DNA of 51,299 nt from Candidatus Amphirhobacter heronislandensis (GTDB lineage Bacteria; Pseudomonadota; Gammaproteobacteria; Tethybacterales; Tethybacteraceae): positions 1-51,299 of the forward strand of contig MEIE01000004.1 of NCBI GenBank assembly GCA_001750625.1, in the 5' to 3' direction. The notes under the pieces were generated by a model. The model saw only the letters and a list, made by a program, of their open reading frames with translations, did not search any database and had not been told where the DNA came from. Below, piece by piece: positions 40,924 through 51,299 of the stretch; position 1 is the stretch's first letter; every line of letters begins with the position of its first letter. A program made the translations under genes and the position numbers.

Positions 40924-43341
40924 TCAGTTCGCCGGCCGCGGCGACGGGCGGGCCGGCGGCGGCCGCAGGAGCGCGGGCGCCGGCGGCCGGGCCGCGACGT
41001 GGCCCAGCATCTCGATGACGTCGGCCGCGAGCACGAAGTCGATCTGGCGCCGCAGCTCGGCGGGGACGTCCCGCAGCAGGTGCTCGTCGGAGCGCGGCAT
41101 CACGATCGTCTTGATGCGGTGGCGGCGCGCGTCCAGCGCCATGCCCTTGTAGCCGCGCCGCATCTCCACGCCCATCAGGTCGCCGCGCAGGTTGATCTCG
41201 CCCGCGACCGCGACCGCCGGCCGCAGCGGCGCCTTGGCGTAGGCCGAGTACAGCAGCGCGAACAGCGCGCCGCCCAGGGGGCCGCAGGGCCCCTCGACGC
41301 CGTGCTGCAGGTTGACGCACAGCTTCTTCTTGCGGTGGAAGTCCTCCGCCAGGCCCAGCTCGGCGGCGTGGGCGCGCAGCAGGGTCTGGGCGACCGCCGC
41401 CAGCGCCTTGACCTGGTCCTCGCCGTGCCGGGTCAGGCCCATGACCTCGATCCGCTCCTCCTCGTGGGGGTGGTGCAGGGCCTCCATCGGCACCACGCCC
41501 TCGTGGGGCGCGATGCCGCAGGCGCTGCCGACCCGGCCGCGCGCCGGCAGGCTGAAGTGCGCGTAGTGCTCGGGCGCGTCCAGCAGCTCGGGCAGGCGCT
41601 GCCGGGCCGGCGCTTTGCTCGCCGCCGCCAGCTCGCCGCCGGCCTCGGTCTTTTCGGCCGTGAGCTTGCGGCAGATCTTCGCGACGCTGCGCTCGAGGCC
41701 GCGGACGCCGCTTTCCCACGAATAGTCCTTGATGATGTCCTTGAGCACCGGCGCGGCGAGCTTGACGCCGTCGTCCGCCAGGCCGTGCAGCTGCAGCTGC
41801 CTGGGGACGATGTGCCGCTGCGCGATCGCGAGCTTCTCGCTGTCGGTGTAGCCCTCGAGCCGGACCATCTCCAGCCGGTCCTGCAACGGCTCGGGCAGCA
41901 GCTCGATGTGGTTGGCGGTGGCGATGAACAGGACGTCGGACAGGTCGAACTCGGTGTCGATGTACTGGTCGACGAAGCTGCGGTTCTGCTCGGGGTCGAG
42001 GACCTCGAGCATCGCCGCGAAGGGGCTGCCGTGCAGGCCGATGTGGGCGGACATCTTGTCGAGCTCGTCGAGCATCAGCACCGGGTTGCGGACCTTGGCC
42101 TTGATCAGGGCGTTGACGATGCGGCCCGGCATCGAGGCGACGTAGGTGCGGCGGTGGCCGCGGATCGCCGCCTCCTCGTGGATGCCGCCGAGGGAGATGC
42201 GCGCGAACTCGCGCCTGGTCGCCCGCGCGATGCTGCGGCCGAGCGAGGTCTTGCCGACGCCGGGCGGGCCGACGAAGCACAGGATGGTGCCGCGGGCCTT
42301 GCCGCCGCGGCGGCGCTGGACCGCGAGATGCTCGAGGATGCGCTCCTTGACGTCCTCGAGGCCGTAATGGTCCTCGTTGAGGACGCGCTGCGCCTTGCGC
42401 AGGTCGGTCGAGGTCTTGCTGAGCTTCGCCCAGGGCAGCTCGAGCATGCGCTTGAGGTACTCGGTGATCACCGCGTGCTCGGGCGAGGCGGTCGTGACCG
42501 CGCGCAGCCGCCGCAGCTCGTCCTCGCACTTGCTGCGGGCCGCGTCGGGCATGCCCGCCTCCTCGACCTGGCGGCGCAGCTTCTCGAAATGCGACGAGCC
42601 GGTGCCCTGCAGCTCCTCCTGGATGGCCTTGGCCTCCTCGGCCATGTGGTATTCCTTGTGGCTGCGCTCCATCTGCTTTTTCATCCGCCGGCGGATGCGG
42701 CGGTCGACCAGCATCTCCTCGCGGTGCTGCGACAGGTGCTGGATCAGCACCACGGCGCGGTCCTCGAGGCCGCCGCTGTTGAGCAACTCGTGGCCAAAGC
42801 CCGGCCGGGCGTTCTCCAACAGGGCGAGCGCGAGGAAATCGACGCAGTCCTCGGGCCGGTCCTCGCTGAAGATGTCGCGGTAGACCGACTTCGGCAGCCT
42901 AGCCAGCGCCGCGCTGCGGTCGTCGCGGCCGCCGCCGGCCGCCCGGATGATGCTGCGCATGATCGCCTGCGCCCGGCGCGGCTCGACCCGCTCGGGCGGC
43001 AGCTCGCTCCAGGCCGCGGTGCCGTCGCCGAGCGAGCGCTCGATCCGGCAGCGCGCCACCCCCTTGAGCATCACCTTCCAGGTGCGGCGGTCGAGGCGGA
43101 ACAGCTGCTGGACCTTCACCACGCAGCCGATCGTCGGGTACTCGACCTTCGGGCCGTCGCGCCGCGCCGTCCCCATCAGCAGCAGGCCGTCGGCCCTGAA
43201 CGCCCGCACCAGCGACTTGACGTCGCCCTCGCGGCGCGCGGTGAACTGCCGGCTGAAGCCCGGCAGGACGAAGAACTGCGCGCCGCGCGCGCGGATCAGC
43301 GGCGCCGGCGGCGGCGCTTTGCCCTTTTCTGCGGCCGCCAT
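40924..43341 (-). CDS. Lon-like AAA+ protein with a degenerate protease domain (catalytic Ser replaced)
   Basis: It has a LonA layout. Walker A (FVGPPGVGKTSLGRSIA) and Walker B (VLMLDELDKM) are intact. The site aligned to DGPSAG reads PCGPLG (41275-41292). The ATG lies 3 nt after the stop of the upstream lon. Confidence 0.75.
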   Translation of the reverse strand: MAAAEKGKAPPPAPLIRARGAQFFVLPGFSRQFTARREGDVKSLVRAFRADGLLLMGTARRDGPKVEYPTIGCVVKVQQLFRLDRRTWKVMLKGVARCRIERSLGDGTAAWSELPPERVEPRRAQAIMRSIIRAAGGGRDDRSAALARLPKSVYRDIFSEDRPEDCVDFLALALLENARPGFGHELLNSGGLEDRAVVLIQHLSQHREEMLVDRRIRRRMKKQMERSHKEYHMAEEAKAIQEELQGTGSSHFEKLRRQVEEAGMPDAARSKCEDELRRLRAVTTASPEHAVITEYLKRMLELPWAKLSKTSTDLRKAQRVLNEDHYGLEDVKERILEHLAVQRRRGGKARGTILCFVGPPGVGKTSLGRSIARATRREFARISLGGIHEEAAIRGHRRTYVASMPGRIVNALIKAKVRNPVLMLDELDKMSAHIGLHGSPFAAMLEVLDPEQNRSFVDQYIDTEFDLSDVLFIATANHIELLPEPLQDRLEMVRLEGYTDSEKLAIAQRHIVPRQLQLHGLADDGVKLAAPVLKDIIKDYSWESGVRGLERSVAKICRKLTAEKTEAGGELAAASKAPARQRLPELLDAPEHYAHFSLPARGRVGSACGIAPHEGVVPMEALHHPHEEERIEVMGLTRHGEDQVKALAAVAQTLLRAHAAELGLAEDFHRKKKLCVNLQHGVEGPCGPLGGALFALLYSAYAKAPLRPAVAVAGEINLRGDLMGVEMRRGYKGMALDARRHRIKTIVMPRSDEHLLRDVPAELRRQIDFVLAADVIEMLGHVAARPPAPALLRPPPARPSPRPAN

Positions 43342-43344
43342 CGC

Positions 43345-45753
43345 CTAGGCTCCGAGCGGCGGACGGGCGGGCGGCTGCCCCGGCGGCGGCGCGGGCCGGC
43401 GCTCCTTGCGGGCGGGCGGCTTCGCCGGCGCCGGCAGCCGCGTCAGCGCGTGCTTGAGGACCTCGGCGACGGTCTTGACCGGCACAAGCTCGAGCTGCTC
43501 CTTGATCTCCTGCGGGACGTCCTGCAGCTCCCGCTCCTGGATCTGCGGGAACAGCACCCGCTTGACGCCGCGGCGGCAGGCGCCCATGAGCTTCTCGCGC
43601 AGGCCGCCGACGATGCAGGCCTCGCCGCGCAGGTTGATCGCGCCGGTCATCGCCGTGTCCATGCGCACCGGTATGCCGTTCGCGGCCGACACCAGCAGGA
43701 CGAACAGCGCCAGGCCGGCGGAGTTGCCGTCGCCGCTCGCGTCGACGATCGGCCAGTGGACGTGGATGCCGTTCCTGTCGAAATAGTCTTCGGCCAGCCC
43801 GTAGCGGGCGTGGCTGGCGCGCAGCACCGCCTCGGCGGTCTCGGCCGACTGCGCGAGCATCGGCTCCATGTTGCCGGTCTGCCGCACGCCCTTGTCGCCG
43901 GCGATCGCGACGCCGTCGATCTGATGGACGTCGCCGAACATGTCGTTCATCACCACCAGGCTGTTGACGACGCCTGGCCGGTCCTCGCGCTGCAGGTCGT
44001 TCGGCAGCCACGGCGCCTTGAGGATCTCCCGCGCCTTCGCCGTGCCGATCGCCAGCTGCGGCGGCGCCTCGCGCTCGCCGGCGCGCTCCTGCTCGAGCAC
44101 CGTGCGGCGCATCAGCCGTCCCAGGCAGCGGTCGAACTCGCGGACGCCGGCCTCGAAGGTGTAGCTGTGGATGAGGTCCCGCAGCGTGTCGTCGCCGATC
44201 TCAAGCTCGCAGCCGCCGAGGCCGGCGGCCTCCTGCTGCCGCGGCAGCAGGTGCCGCCGCGCGATCTCGATCTTCTCGCCGTCGACGTAGCCCGGCAGGT
44301 GGATGAACTCCATCCGGTCCTCGAGCGCGTCGTACATCGGCTCCATCGAGTTCGCGGTCGCGATGAACATCACCTCGGACAGGTCGAAGTCCACCTCGAT
44401 GTAGTGGTCGCTGAAATGCCGGTTCTGCTCGGGGTCGATGATCTCGAGCAGCGTCGCCATCGGGTCGCCGTTGTGGCCGCGGCCGAGCTTCTCGATCTCG
44501 TCGAGCATGATCACCGGATTGCGGACGCCGGTCTCGGCCATCACCTTGAGGATCCGCCCCGGCATCGAGCCGATGTAGGTCCGGCGGTGGCCGCGCAGGG
44601 TCGATTCGTCGTGGATGCCGCCGAGGGAGACCCGCGCGAAGCGCCGGCCCAGCGCCGCCGCGATCACCTCGCCCAGCGAGGTCTTGCCCACGCCCGGCGG
44701 GCCGACGAAGCACAGCACCGAGCCGCGGCCGGCGCCGACCTGCTGCTGGACCGCGATGTGCTCGAGGATGCGCGCCTTGACCTTGCCGAGGCCGTGGTGG
44801 CGCTCGTCCAAAAGGCGCCGCGCCTCCTTGAGGCTTATCTCGCCCGCGCTGCGCTCGCGCCACGGCAGCTCGAGCATGAAGTCCAGGTAGCTGCGGATCG
44901 CCGAGCCTTCGGGGCTCATCGACGGCATGGTCCCGAGCCGGGCCAGTTCCTCGCCGCACTTGGCCCGCGCCTCGGCCGACATGCCGGCCTCCTCCACCTT
45001 GCGGGTGAGCTCCTCGAGGTCGGCGGCGGCCTCCTCGCCCATGCTGCGCTGGATGTCGACGGCCTTGCGCTGCAGGTATTCGCGGCGGTGGGCCTCGGCG
45101 TCGTAGTCGCTGCGGTTGAGCAGCGATTCGGCCATGTGGTCGATGTCGCGCTCCTGGTCGCAGTGCGCGAGCAAAAGGCGCAGGCGGGCGGACACCTCGC
45201 TGGCCTCTAAGATCCCCTGCATGCCGGCCACGCCCAGCGTGCCGGCGATGTCCAGCGCGACCAGGTCGGCGAACCTGCCCAGGTCGGAAGCCTTGACGCG
45301 CCGCGCCTGCGGCGGCAGCAGCGCGCGCAGCCGGTCGGCGAGCTCGCGGGCCTCGGCGCCGTCCGCGCCGGTGGTCGGGCGGACGCGGTAAACGCATTCG
45401 ATGCGGCTGCGCTCGGCGCCGGCGGCCAGCCGGAGGATCTCGACGCGCTCGAAGCCCTCGACCACGATCGCGTGGACGCCGCCGTCCCCTTCCTCGTCGC
45501 GGACGATCCGCGCCAGGCAGCCATGGCTGTAAAGGTCCTTGAGCCGCGGCTGGTCGACTTCGCCGCGGCGCTGGGTGACGAAGACCGCGAGGCCATCGCC
45601 GTCGCCCTGCGCCTTGGCCAGCGCGGCCACCGAGTGCGGGCGGCCGACGACCAGCTTGGTCTCGACGCCCGGCATGATGACGACGTCGCGCAGCGGAATG
45701 TACGGGGCCGGCGCCTGGCCGTCCGCCGCGGCCGCCGGGTCCTCGGGCGCCAT
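43345..45753 (-). CDS. lon: ATP-dependent protease Lon (LonA)
   Basis: N-terminus IPLRDVVIMPGV.., Walker A FVGPPGVGKTSLGEVIA, Walker B VIMLDEIEKL, catalytic Ser in GDGNSAGLAL and Lys in GGLREKL. I prefer ATG 45753; the track start TTG 45777 is possible. Confidence 0.9.
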   Translation of the reverse strand: MAPEDPAAAADGQAPAPYIPLRDVVIMPGVETKLVVGRPHSVAALAKAQGDGDGLAVFVTQRRGEVDQPRLKDLYSHGCLARIVRDEEGDGGVHAIVVEGFERVEILRLAAGAERSRIECVYRVRPTTGADGAEARELADRLRALLPPQARRVKASDLGRFADLVALDIAGTLGVAGMQGILEASEVSARLRLLLAHCDQERDIDHMAESLLNRSDYDAEAHRREYLQRKAVDIQRSMGEEAAADLEELTRKVEEAGMSAEARAKCGEELARLGTMPSMSPEGSAIRSYLDFMLELPWRERSAGEISLKEARRLLDERHHGLGKVKARILEHIAVQQQVGAGRGSVLCFVGPPGVGKTSLGEVIAAALGRRFARVSLGGIHDESTLRGHRRTYIGSMPGRILKVMAETGVRNPVIMLDEIEKLGRGHNGDPMATLLEIIDPEQNRHFSDHYIEVDFDLSEVMFIATANSMEPMYDALEDRMEFIHLPGYVDGEKIEIARRHLLPRQQEAAGLGGCELEIGDDTLRDLIHSYTFEAGVREFDRCLGRLMRRTVLEQERAGEREAPPQLAIGTAKAREILKAPWLPNDLQREDRPGVVNSLVVMNDMFGDVHQIDGVAIAGDKGVRQTGNMEPMLAQSAETAEAVLRASHARYGLAEDYFDRNGIHVHWPIVDASGDGNSAGLALFVLLVSAANGIPVRMDTAMTGAINLRGEACIVGGLREKLMGACRRGVKRVLFPQIQERELQDVPQEIKEQLELVPVKTVAEVLKHALTRLPAPAKPPARKERRPAPPPGQPPARPPLGA

Positions 45754-45800
45754 CTTGCCTTTTTTTCTGTCAGTCAAACCCGTTTCCCGCCGCTGAGGCT

Positions 45801-45829
45801 ATTATAAGCCCTGGACGCCCGCTTTGCAA
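45801..45829 (-). promoter_or_regulatory. sigma70-type promoter candidate for lon: TTGCAA-N17-TATAAT
   Basis: The minus strand reads TTGCAA (45829..45824), a 17-nt spacer, then TATAAT (45806..45801). This lies in the 64-88 nt clpX-lon spacer (length depends on which lon start is used). Confidence 0.5.
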
Positions 45830-45841
45830 GCGCGCGCCGCC

Positions 45842-47094
<1,253 letters not shown>

Positions 47095-47098
<4 letters not shown>

Positions 47099-47721
47099 CC
47101 TTTGCCCTTGCGGCGGCGCGGCTCCTTGACCGCGTCGATGATGCCGTAGGACTTGGCCGTGGCCGCGTCCATGAAGTTGTCGCGCTCGGTGTCGGCGGCG
47201 ATGCGCTTGACGCTCTTGCCGGTGAGCTCGGCGAGGATGCCGTTGAGGCGCTCGCGCAGCGCGAGGATCTCGTTGGCGTGGATCTGCAGGTCGGAGGCCT
47301 GGCCGCGCATGCCGCCCATCGGCTGGTGGACCATCACCCGGGCGTTCGGCAGCGCGAAGCGCTTGCCCTTGCGGCCGGCGGCCAGCAGCACCGCGGCCAT
47401 GCTGCAGGCCTGGCCGATGCAGATGGTGGACACCGGCGCGCTGATGAAGCGCATGGTGTCGAAGACCGCCAGGCCGTCGGCGACCGAGCCGCCCGGCGAG
47501 TTGATGTACAGCGAGACGTCCTTGGCCGGGTCCTCGGCCTCGAGGAACAGCATCTGCGCGATCACCGAGTTGGCGACGTACTCGTTGATCTCGCCTACAA
47601 GGAAGACGATGCGCGCCTTGAGCAGCCGCGAGTAGATGTCGTAGCCGCGCTCGCCGCGGCCGGTCTGCTCGATGACCATCGGCACATGGTGCAGGCCGGC
47701 GGGCCGGGTCGTCTCGGTCAC
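47095..47721 (-). CDS. clpP: ATP-dependent Clp protease proteolytic subunit ClpP
   Basis: [29 protein letters not shown].., active-site [11 protein letters not shown] and MVHQP. The GTG start at 47721 forms a GTGA overlap with the tig stop. The rest of the 687-aa track ORF is shadow. Confidence 0.93.
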
Positions 47722-49094
47722 GCCGCCTTCCCTTCTTCGTCCGGCTTGTCCGGCTCGGCGGGCGGCTGCGCGAGGCCGCGGGTCTCCGGATCGCCCTGCT
47801 GGATGATGGCCTCGAGCTCGTCGAGCGGCATCCGCACCTCCTCGGCGTCGACCGCCGCGCACAGATGGTCGGCGACCTTGGCGCGGACGACGGCGTCCGC
47901 CGCCTGGCCCTGCAGCCGCTCCGACGCGCGGAACTCCTCCAAGAAGCGCTCCGGGTCGGAGTTCTGCTGCGCCTGCCGCAGCGCCTGGGCCGCGATCTCG
48001 TCCTCGGTCGCCCGAATCTCGTGGCGCATCGCGTAGGCGCCGGTCAGCATGCCGGCGCGCATCTGCTGGCGCAGCCGCGCGCGGACCTCCTCGTCCTTGA
48101 TGCCGAGCGCGGCGCGCGAGGTCCCGGCCTGCGAGGCTTCGCGGTCGATCTCGGCGATCTGCTCGCGGCTGTGCTGCTCGAGCAGCATGCCCGGCAGCTC
48201 GAACTCGGCGGTCGCCCGGTCGAGGGCGAAGGCCGCGCGGCTGGCGGCGATGCCGCGCGCCATGTCGGCCGCCTGGCGCTCGATCTCTTCTTTGATCTGG
48301 GCGCGGAAGGCGTCGACCGAGCCGATCTCGGCGAAGACGCCGCGGGCGAAGTCCAAATCCAGCGGCGGCAGCTCGGGCTCCTCGACGCCGTGCAGGACGA
48401 AGCGCATCTCCTCGGCGGGCCCGGCGCCGTTCTTGACCTTGATGACGCACTCCTCGGGCGGCTGGCGGCCGGTGAAGGCCTGGCTCAGCTGCGGCGGGAC
48501 GCGCGCGTCGCCGATGACGAGCTGGCGGCGCTCCTCGGTCCCGGCCCGGGCGTAGGCAACCCGGTCGCCGGCGGCCGCCGGCCGCTCGACCGGATTCCAC
48601 TTGGCGCGCTGGCGGCGAATGCGGTCGATGACCATCGCCACCGTCGCGTCGTCGATCTCCGGCACCGGCTTGCGCAGCCGCACGCCCTCGAGGTCGGGCT
48701 CGGGGACGTCGGGATGGACGTCGAAGGACATGGTCACCTCGTAGGCCTCCGGCTTGTCGTCCTTGACCGCGATCATCCGCACGGTGGGGAAGCAGCGCAG
48801 GCCCTCCTCCTGGATCTTGGTCACCACCGCCGGGTAGCACAGCCGGTACAGGGCCTTGTTGATCTCGTCGGAGCCCCAGCGCTGGCGGACCACCGGCGGC
48901 ACCACCCGCGAATTCTTGCGGAAGCCCGGCGTCCGGCGCTCGCGGGCGAGCCGCAGCAGGGCCTTCTCCGCCTCCGCCTTCGCCGGGGCGGCGGAGGCCT
49001 CGACGACGACGCGCCGCTCGAGCGGCTGCTCGCCGTCGGCCATCGACACCACCCGGGCGGGCGGGGCGGCGGCGGCGCTGGTCGTCGTGTTCAT
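47718..49094 (-). CDS. tig: trigger factor
   Basis: It has the ribosome-binding GFRKNSRV motif, followed by the PPIase and C-terminal arm regions. The start is ATG 49094 or, perhaps better aligned to E. coli Tig, ATG 49043. The track start 49211 reads through tRNA-Leu. Confidence 0.85.
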   Translation of the reverse strand: MNTTTSAAAAPPARVVSMADGEQPLERRVVVEASAAPAKAEAEKALLRLARERRTPGFRKNSRVVPPVVRQRWGSDEINKALYRLCYPAVVTKIQEEGLRCFPTVRMIAVKDDKPEAYEVTMSFDVHPDVPEPDLEGVRLRKPVPEIDDATVAMVIDRIRRQRAKWNPVERPAAAGDRVAYARAGTEERRQLVIGDARVPPQLSQAFTGRQPPEECVIKVKNGAGPAEEMRFVLHGVEEPELPPLDLDFARGVFAEIGSVDAFRAQIKEEIERQAADMARGIAASRAAFALDRATAEFELPGMLLEQHSREQIAEIDREASQAGTSRAALGIKDEEVRARLRQQMRAGMLTGAYAMRHEIRATEDEIAAQALRQAQQNSDPERFLEEFRASERLQGQAADAVVRAKVADHLCAAVDAEEVRMPLDELEAIIQQGDPETRGLAQPPAEPDKPDEEGKAA

Positions 49095-49119
49095 GCGGTC
49101 TGGGGCCTGCTGGTCGCGG

Positions 49120-49201
49120 TGCGAATGGAGGGACTCGAACCCACACGCCCGGGGGCACCTGCTCCTAAAGCAGGCGTGTCTACCTATTCCACCACATTCG
49201 C
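49120..49201 (-). tRNA. tRNA-Leu (anticodon UAG)
   Basis: GCGAATGTGGTGGAATAGGTAGACACGCCTGCTTTAGGAGCAGGTGCCCCCGGGCGTGTGGGTTCGAGTCCCTCCATTCGCA. Anticodon arm CCTGC-TTTAGGA-GCAGG with a long variable arm. CCA is not encoded. Confidence 0.9.
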
Positions 49202-49260
49202 GCGGCCGCAAGTCCTTTTGCGGTCAATGGCCCCTTATTTTATCCCGCCGGCGGCCGAAA

Positions 49261-50223
49261 TCACGCCTGCCGGCCGCCGGAAGCCCGTTTTGCCGCCTCT
49301 TTGGCCTGGCGGGCCGAAGCCTTGCAGAACTCCTTGACGAAGGCTTCCTGGGCCGGCGTCAGCAGCCGGTCGCGGCGATGGACCACCCGCGCGCCCATCG
49401 GCGGGAACAGCCGGCCGAGCCGCCGCATGCCGAGCTGGCCGCGGTCGGCCTCCTCGTAGGCGATCGAGGCGATGACGCCGACGCCGTGGCCGTTGCGGGC
49501 GAATTCCTTGATCACGTCCGAGTCGGCGGCCGCGACGATTATGTTCGGCTCGAAGCCGGCGCGGCGGAAGGCCTCGTCCATCGCGCCGCGGCCGGTGATC
49601 CCCGGGATGTAGGTCACGAGGGGCTCGCGCGCCAGCGCCGCGAGGCTCAGGCGCGGCCGTTTGAGGATGGGATGGTCCGGCCGCGCGACGACGACCCGCT
49701 CCCACTGGTAGGCGGGGTGCGAGGTCAGCGAGGTCTCGTCGCACAGCTTTTCGGAGCAGATGCCCAGGTCGGCGTGGTTGGCGAGGATCAGGTCGTTGAT
49801 CCGGGCCGGGAAGTCCTGCTGGATGCTGAAGCTCAGCGACGGATGGTCCTGGCGCAGCGCGGCGAAGACCTCCGGCAGGACGTAGCGCGCCTGCAGATGG
49901 GTGCAGGCGACGCGGATCTCGCCCTCGACGCGGCCGCGGCGGCCGGTCGCGATCGAATTGATGTTGTCGATGCGGACGCTGATCTCGCGGAAGTCGTGGA
50001 GCAGCTCGTCGCACAGCGGCGTGGCGCCGACCAGGCGCCGGCCGCTGCGGACCAGCAGGCGCTGGCCGAGGTGGCGCTCGAGGCTTTGGATGTTGCGGCT
50101 GAGCACCGACTGCGCGATGCCGAGCTTCTCGGCCGCCCGCGACACCGAGTGGCCGCAGTCGCAGACCGTCAGCAGCTGCGCGACGTGGCGCAGGTTGAGC
50201 TGGCGCTGCTTGCTTTTGTTCAT
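49261..50223 (-). CDS. LysR-family transcriptional regulator (CysB-like)
   Basis: wHTH SVSRAAEKLGIAQSVLSRNIQSLERHLGQRLLVR, then a CysB-like effector domain (ACTHLQARYVLPEVF.., ADLGICSE). ATG 50223 forms an ATGA overlap with the upstream methyltransferase stop. Confidence 0.85.
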   Translation of the reverse strand: MNKSKQRQLNLRHVAQLLTVCDCGHSVSRAAEKLGIAQSVLSRNIQSLERHLGQRLLVRSGRRLVGATPLCDELLHDFREISVRIDNINSIATGRRGRVEGEIRVACTHLQARYVLPEVFAALRQDHPSLSFSIQQDFPARINDLILANHADLGICSEKLCDETSLTSHPAYQWERVVVARPDHPILKRPRLSLAALAREPLVTYIPGITGRGAMDEAFRRAGFEPNIIVAAADSDVIKEFARNGHGVGVIASIAYEEADRGQLGMRRLGRLFPPMGARVVHRRDRLLTPAQEAFVKEFCKASARQAKEAAKRASGGRQA

Positions 50224-51011
50224 CGCGCTGGCGGCCGTCCGCGGTCCAAGGTGATCTCCTGCCAGTGGGCCGGCCCCCGCGCCGGGCGGGCCGGCATGGC
50301 CCAGGCGTGCAGGTAGACGACCTCGAAGGTCAATTCTACGGGCTCGGGGCGCCGCAGCAGGGCGGCGAGCCGCCGCGGCGTCCCCAGGCTGCGGTCCATG
50401 CCGGCGGCGGCGAGGACGCCGAAGCCGCTGAGGTCGCGCAGCATCGCGCCGTGGCTCGAATAGGCGAAGCGCAGCCGCTCGCAGCTGGCGACCGGTTCGG
50501 CGAGGCCGGCGGCCTGGGCCATGTCCGCCAGGTCGTGCATGTCGAAAAAGCCCATGGTCTTGGGGCCGGCGAAGGGCCCGAGGGCGCGGAGCTCGGCCAG
50601 CGTGTCGGGGCCCAGCGAGGTGCAGCTGAGCGCGCCGCCGTCCCGCAGCACCCGGCGGGCCTCGCCGAAGAAAGGCCGCGGGTCGCCGAGCCAGGGCAGG
50701 ACGTTGGTCGCCAGCACCAGGCTGAAGGCCCCGTCCCGGCAGGGCAGCCGCGCCGCGTCGCCGAGGACGTCCGGCGGCGCCGCGAAGCCCGCCAGCCAGT
50801 CCAGCCGCAGCACCGGGCCGGGCGCCTGCGGCGGCGGCGGCCCGGCGCCGCAGCCGACGTCGAGCACCGGTCCCGGCGGCAGCGCCAGGCCCCCGAGGCT
50901 CTCCCAGTGCCGCGGCGCGACCGCCGCCGACAGCGGGTCCTGGCCGCGGTCGCCGCGGCGCAGCAGCCGCTGCTGCCGCATGCGGGCGACGCGGGCGTCG
51001 ACGAGCTCCAT
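50220..51011 (-). CDS. class I SAM-dependent methyltransferase
   Basis: Motif I is VLDVGCGAG and the post-I/II region reads FSLVLATNVLPW; about 263 aa. The substrate cannot be inferred. Confidence 0.6.
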   Translation of the reverse strand: MELVDARVARMRQQRLLRRGDRGQDPLSAAVAPRHWESLGGLALPPGPVLDVGCGAGPPPPQAPGPVLRLDWLAGFAAPPDVLGDAARLPCRDGAFSLVLATNVLPWLGDPRPFFGEARRVLRDGGALSCTSLGPDTLAELRALGPFAGPKTMGFFDMHDLADMAQAAGLAEPVASCERLRFAYSSHGAMLRDLSGFGVLAAAGMDRSLGTPRRLAALLRRPEPVELTFEVVYLHAWAMPARPARGPAHWQEITLDRGRPPAR

Positions 51012-51034
51012 GCCGATCGCGCCGCCGCGCCGCC

Positions 51035-51299
51035 TCAGCCCTCGCGGTCGAGGTCGCGCAGCTCGTACAGCAGCTCGAGCGCCTGCCGCGGGCTGAGGGC
51101 GTCGAGCTCCGCCGCCCGCAGGCGGTCGCGCAGGCGGTCGGCGCGCGGCGCGGCGGCGGCGGCTTCGGCGGGCGCGGCCGGCAGCCTGGCGGCGAACTCG
51201 CGGGCGCAGTCCAGGACATGGGGCGGGACGCCGGCCATGCCGGCGACGTGGATGCCGTAGCTGCGCTCCTGGATGCCGTCGCTGACCTTGTGCAGCATC
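51035..51299 (-). CDS. mutS: DNA mismatch repair protein MutS, C-terminal fragment cut by the window edge
   Basis: ..SYGIHVAGMAGVPPHVLDCAREF.. and the terminal ..LSPRQALELLYELR resemble the MutS C-terminal HTH/tetramerisation region. The ORF runs off the right edge. Confidence 0.7.
   Translation of the reverse strand, partial: MLHKVSDGIQERSYGIHVAGMAGVPPHVLDCAREFAARLPAAPAEAAAAAPRADRLRDRLRAAELDALSPRQALELLYELRDLDREG

Noticed and set aside
40618-45210. 1530-aa ORF on the plus strand spanning both lon genes
   Set aside because: It is antisense to two well-supported Lon genes. The translation is Arg/Ala/Leu/Gly/Pro-rich with no recognisable motifs, as expected for a stop-poor shadow frame in high-GC DNA.

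Overview
High-GC, very compact chromosomal window. Synteny looks gammaproteobacterial, Xanthomonadales/Nevskiales-like, but that is inference and no search was run. I call about 50 CDS and 5 tRNAs, and found no rRNA, CRISPR array, integrase, transposase or recognisable defence genes. Left to right: aapJ-like 3' end, msrB-yciB-bolA-like, a duplicated parvulin PPIase, DUF1223, gdhA, an NmrA-like SDR, mltG-tmk-holB-ycfH, a TPR protein, a D-lyxose-isomerase-like cupin and rmuC. Then come an EamA transporter, an AlkA-like glycosylase, yyaL, an SMP-30 lactonase, a 2-hydroxyacid dehydrogenase and divergent rluC/rne. A visibly lower-GC block follows, holding a giant frameshifted cadherin/Ig-like autotransporter adhesin, then tRNA-Thr. 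The next minus-strand run has almost no intergenic space: hemE-dinG-tpiA-secG-tRNA-Leu-nuoA-nuoB-[DUF2723-like GT-C membrane protein]-nuoC-nuoD-nuoE-hisG. The window ends with fabI, then ppiD, tRNA-Asp, tRNA-Val, hupB, two tandem lon genes, clpX, clpP, tig, tRNA-Leu, a CysB-like LysR regulator, a SAM methyltransferase and the mutS 3' end. Four things deserve a second look. (1) A large DUF2723/TMEM260-like membrane protein sits inside the complex I operon between nuoB and nuoC. (2) The nuo cluster stops after nuoE and abuts a solitary hisG whose 3' end overlaps a converging tRNA-Thr. (3) The second, translationally coupled Lon paralog keeps its AAA+ motifs but has lost the catalytic serine. (4) The roughly 1,720-aa autotransporter adhesin is split by a 1-nt frameshift. 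Many very long ORFs in the supplied track are high-GC shadow frames and were rejected. All family assignments come from motif recognition by eye and need HMM/BLAST confirmation.
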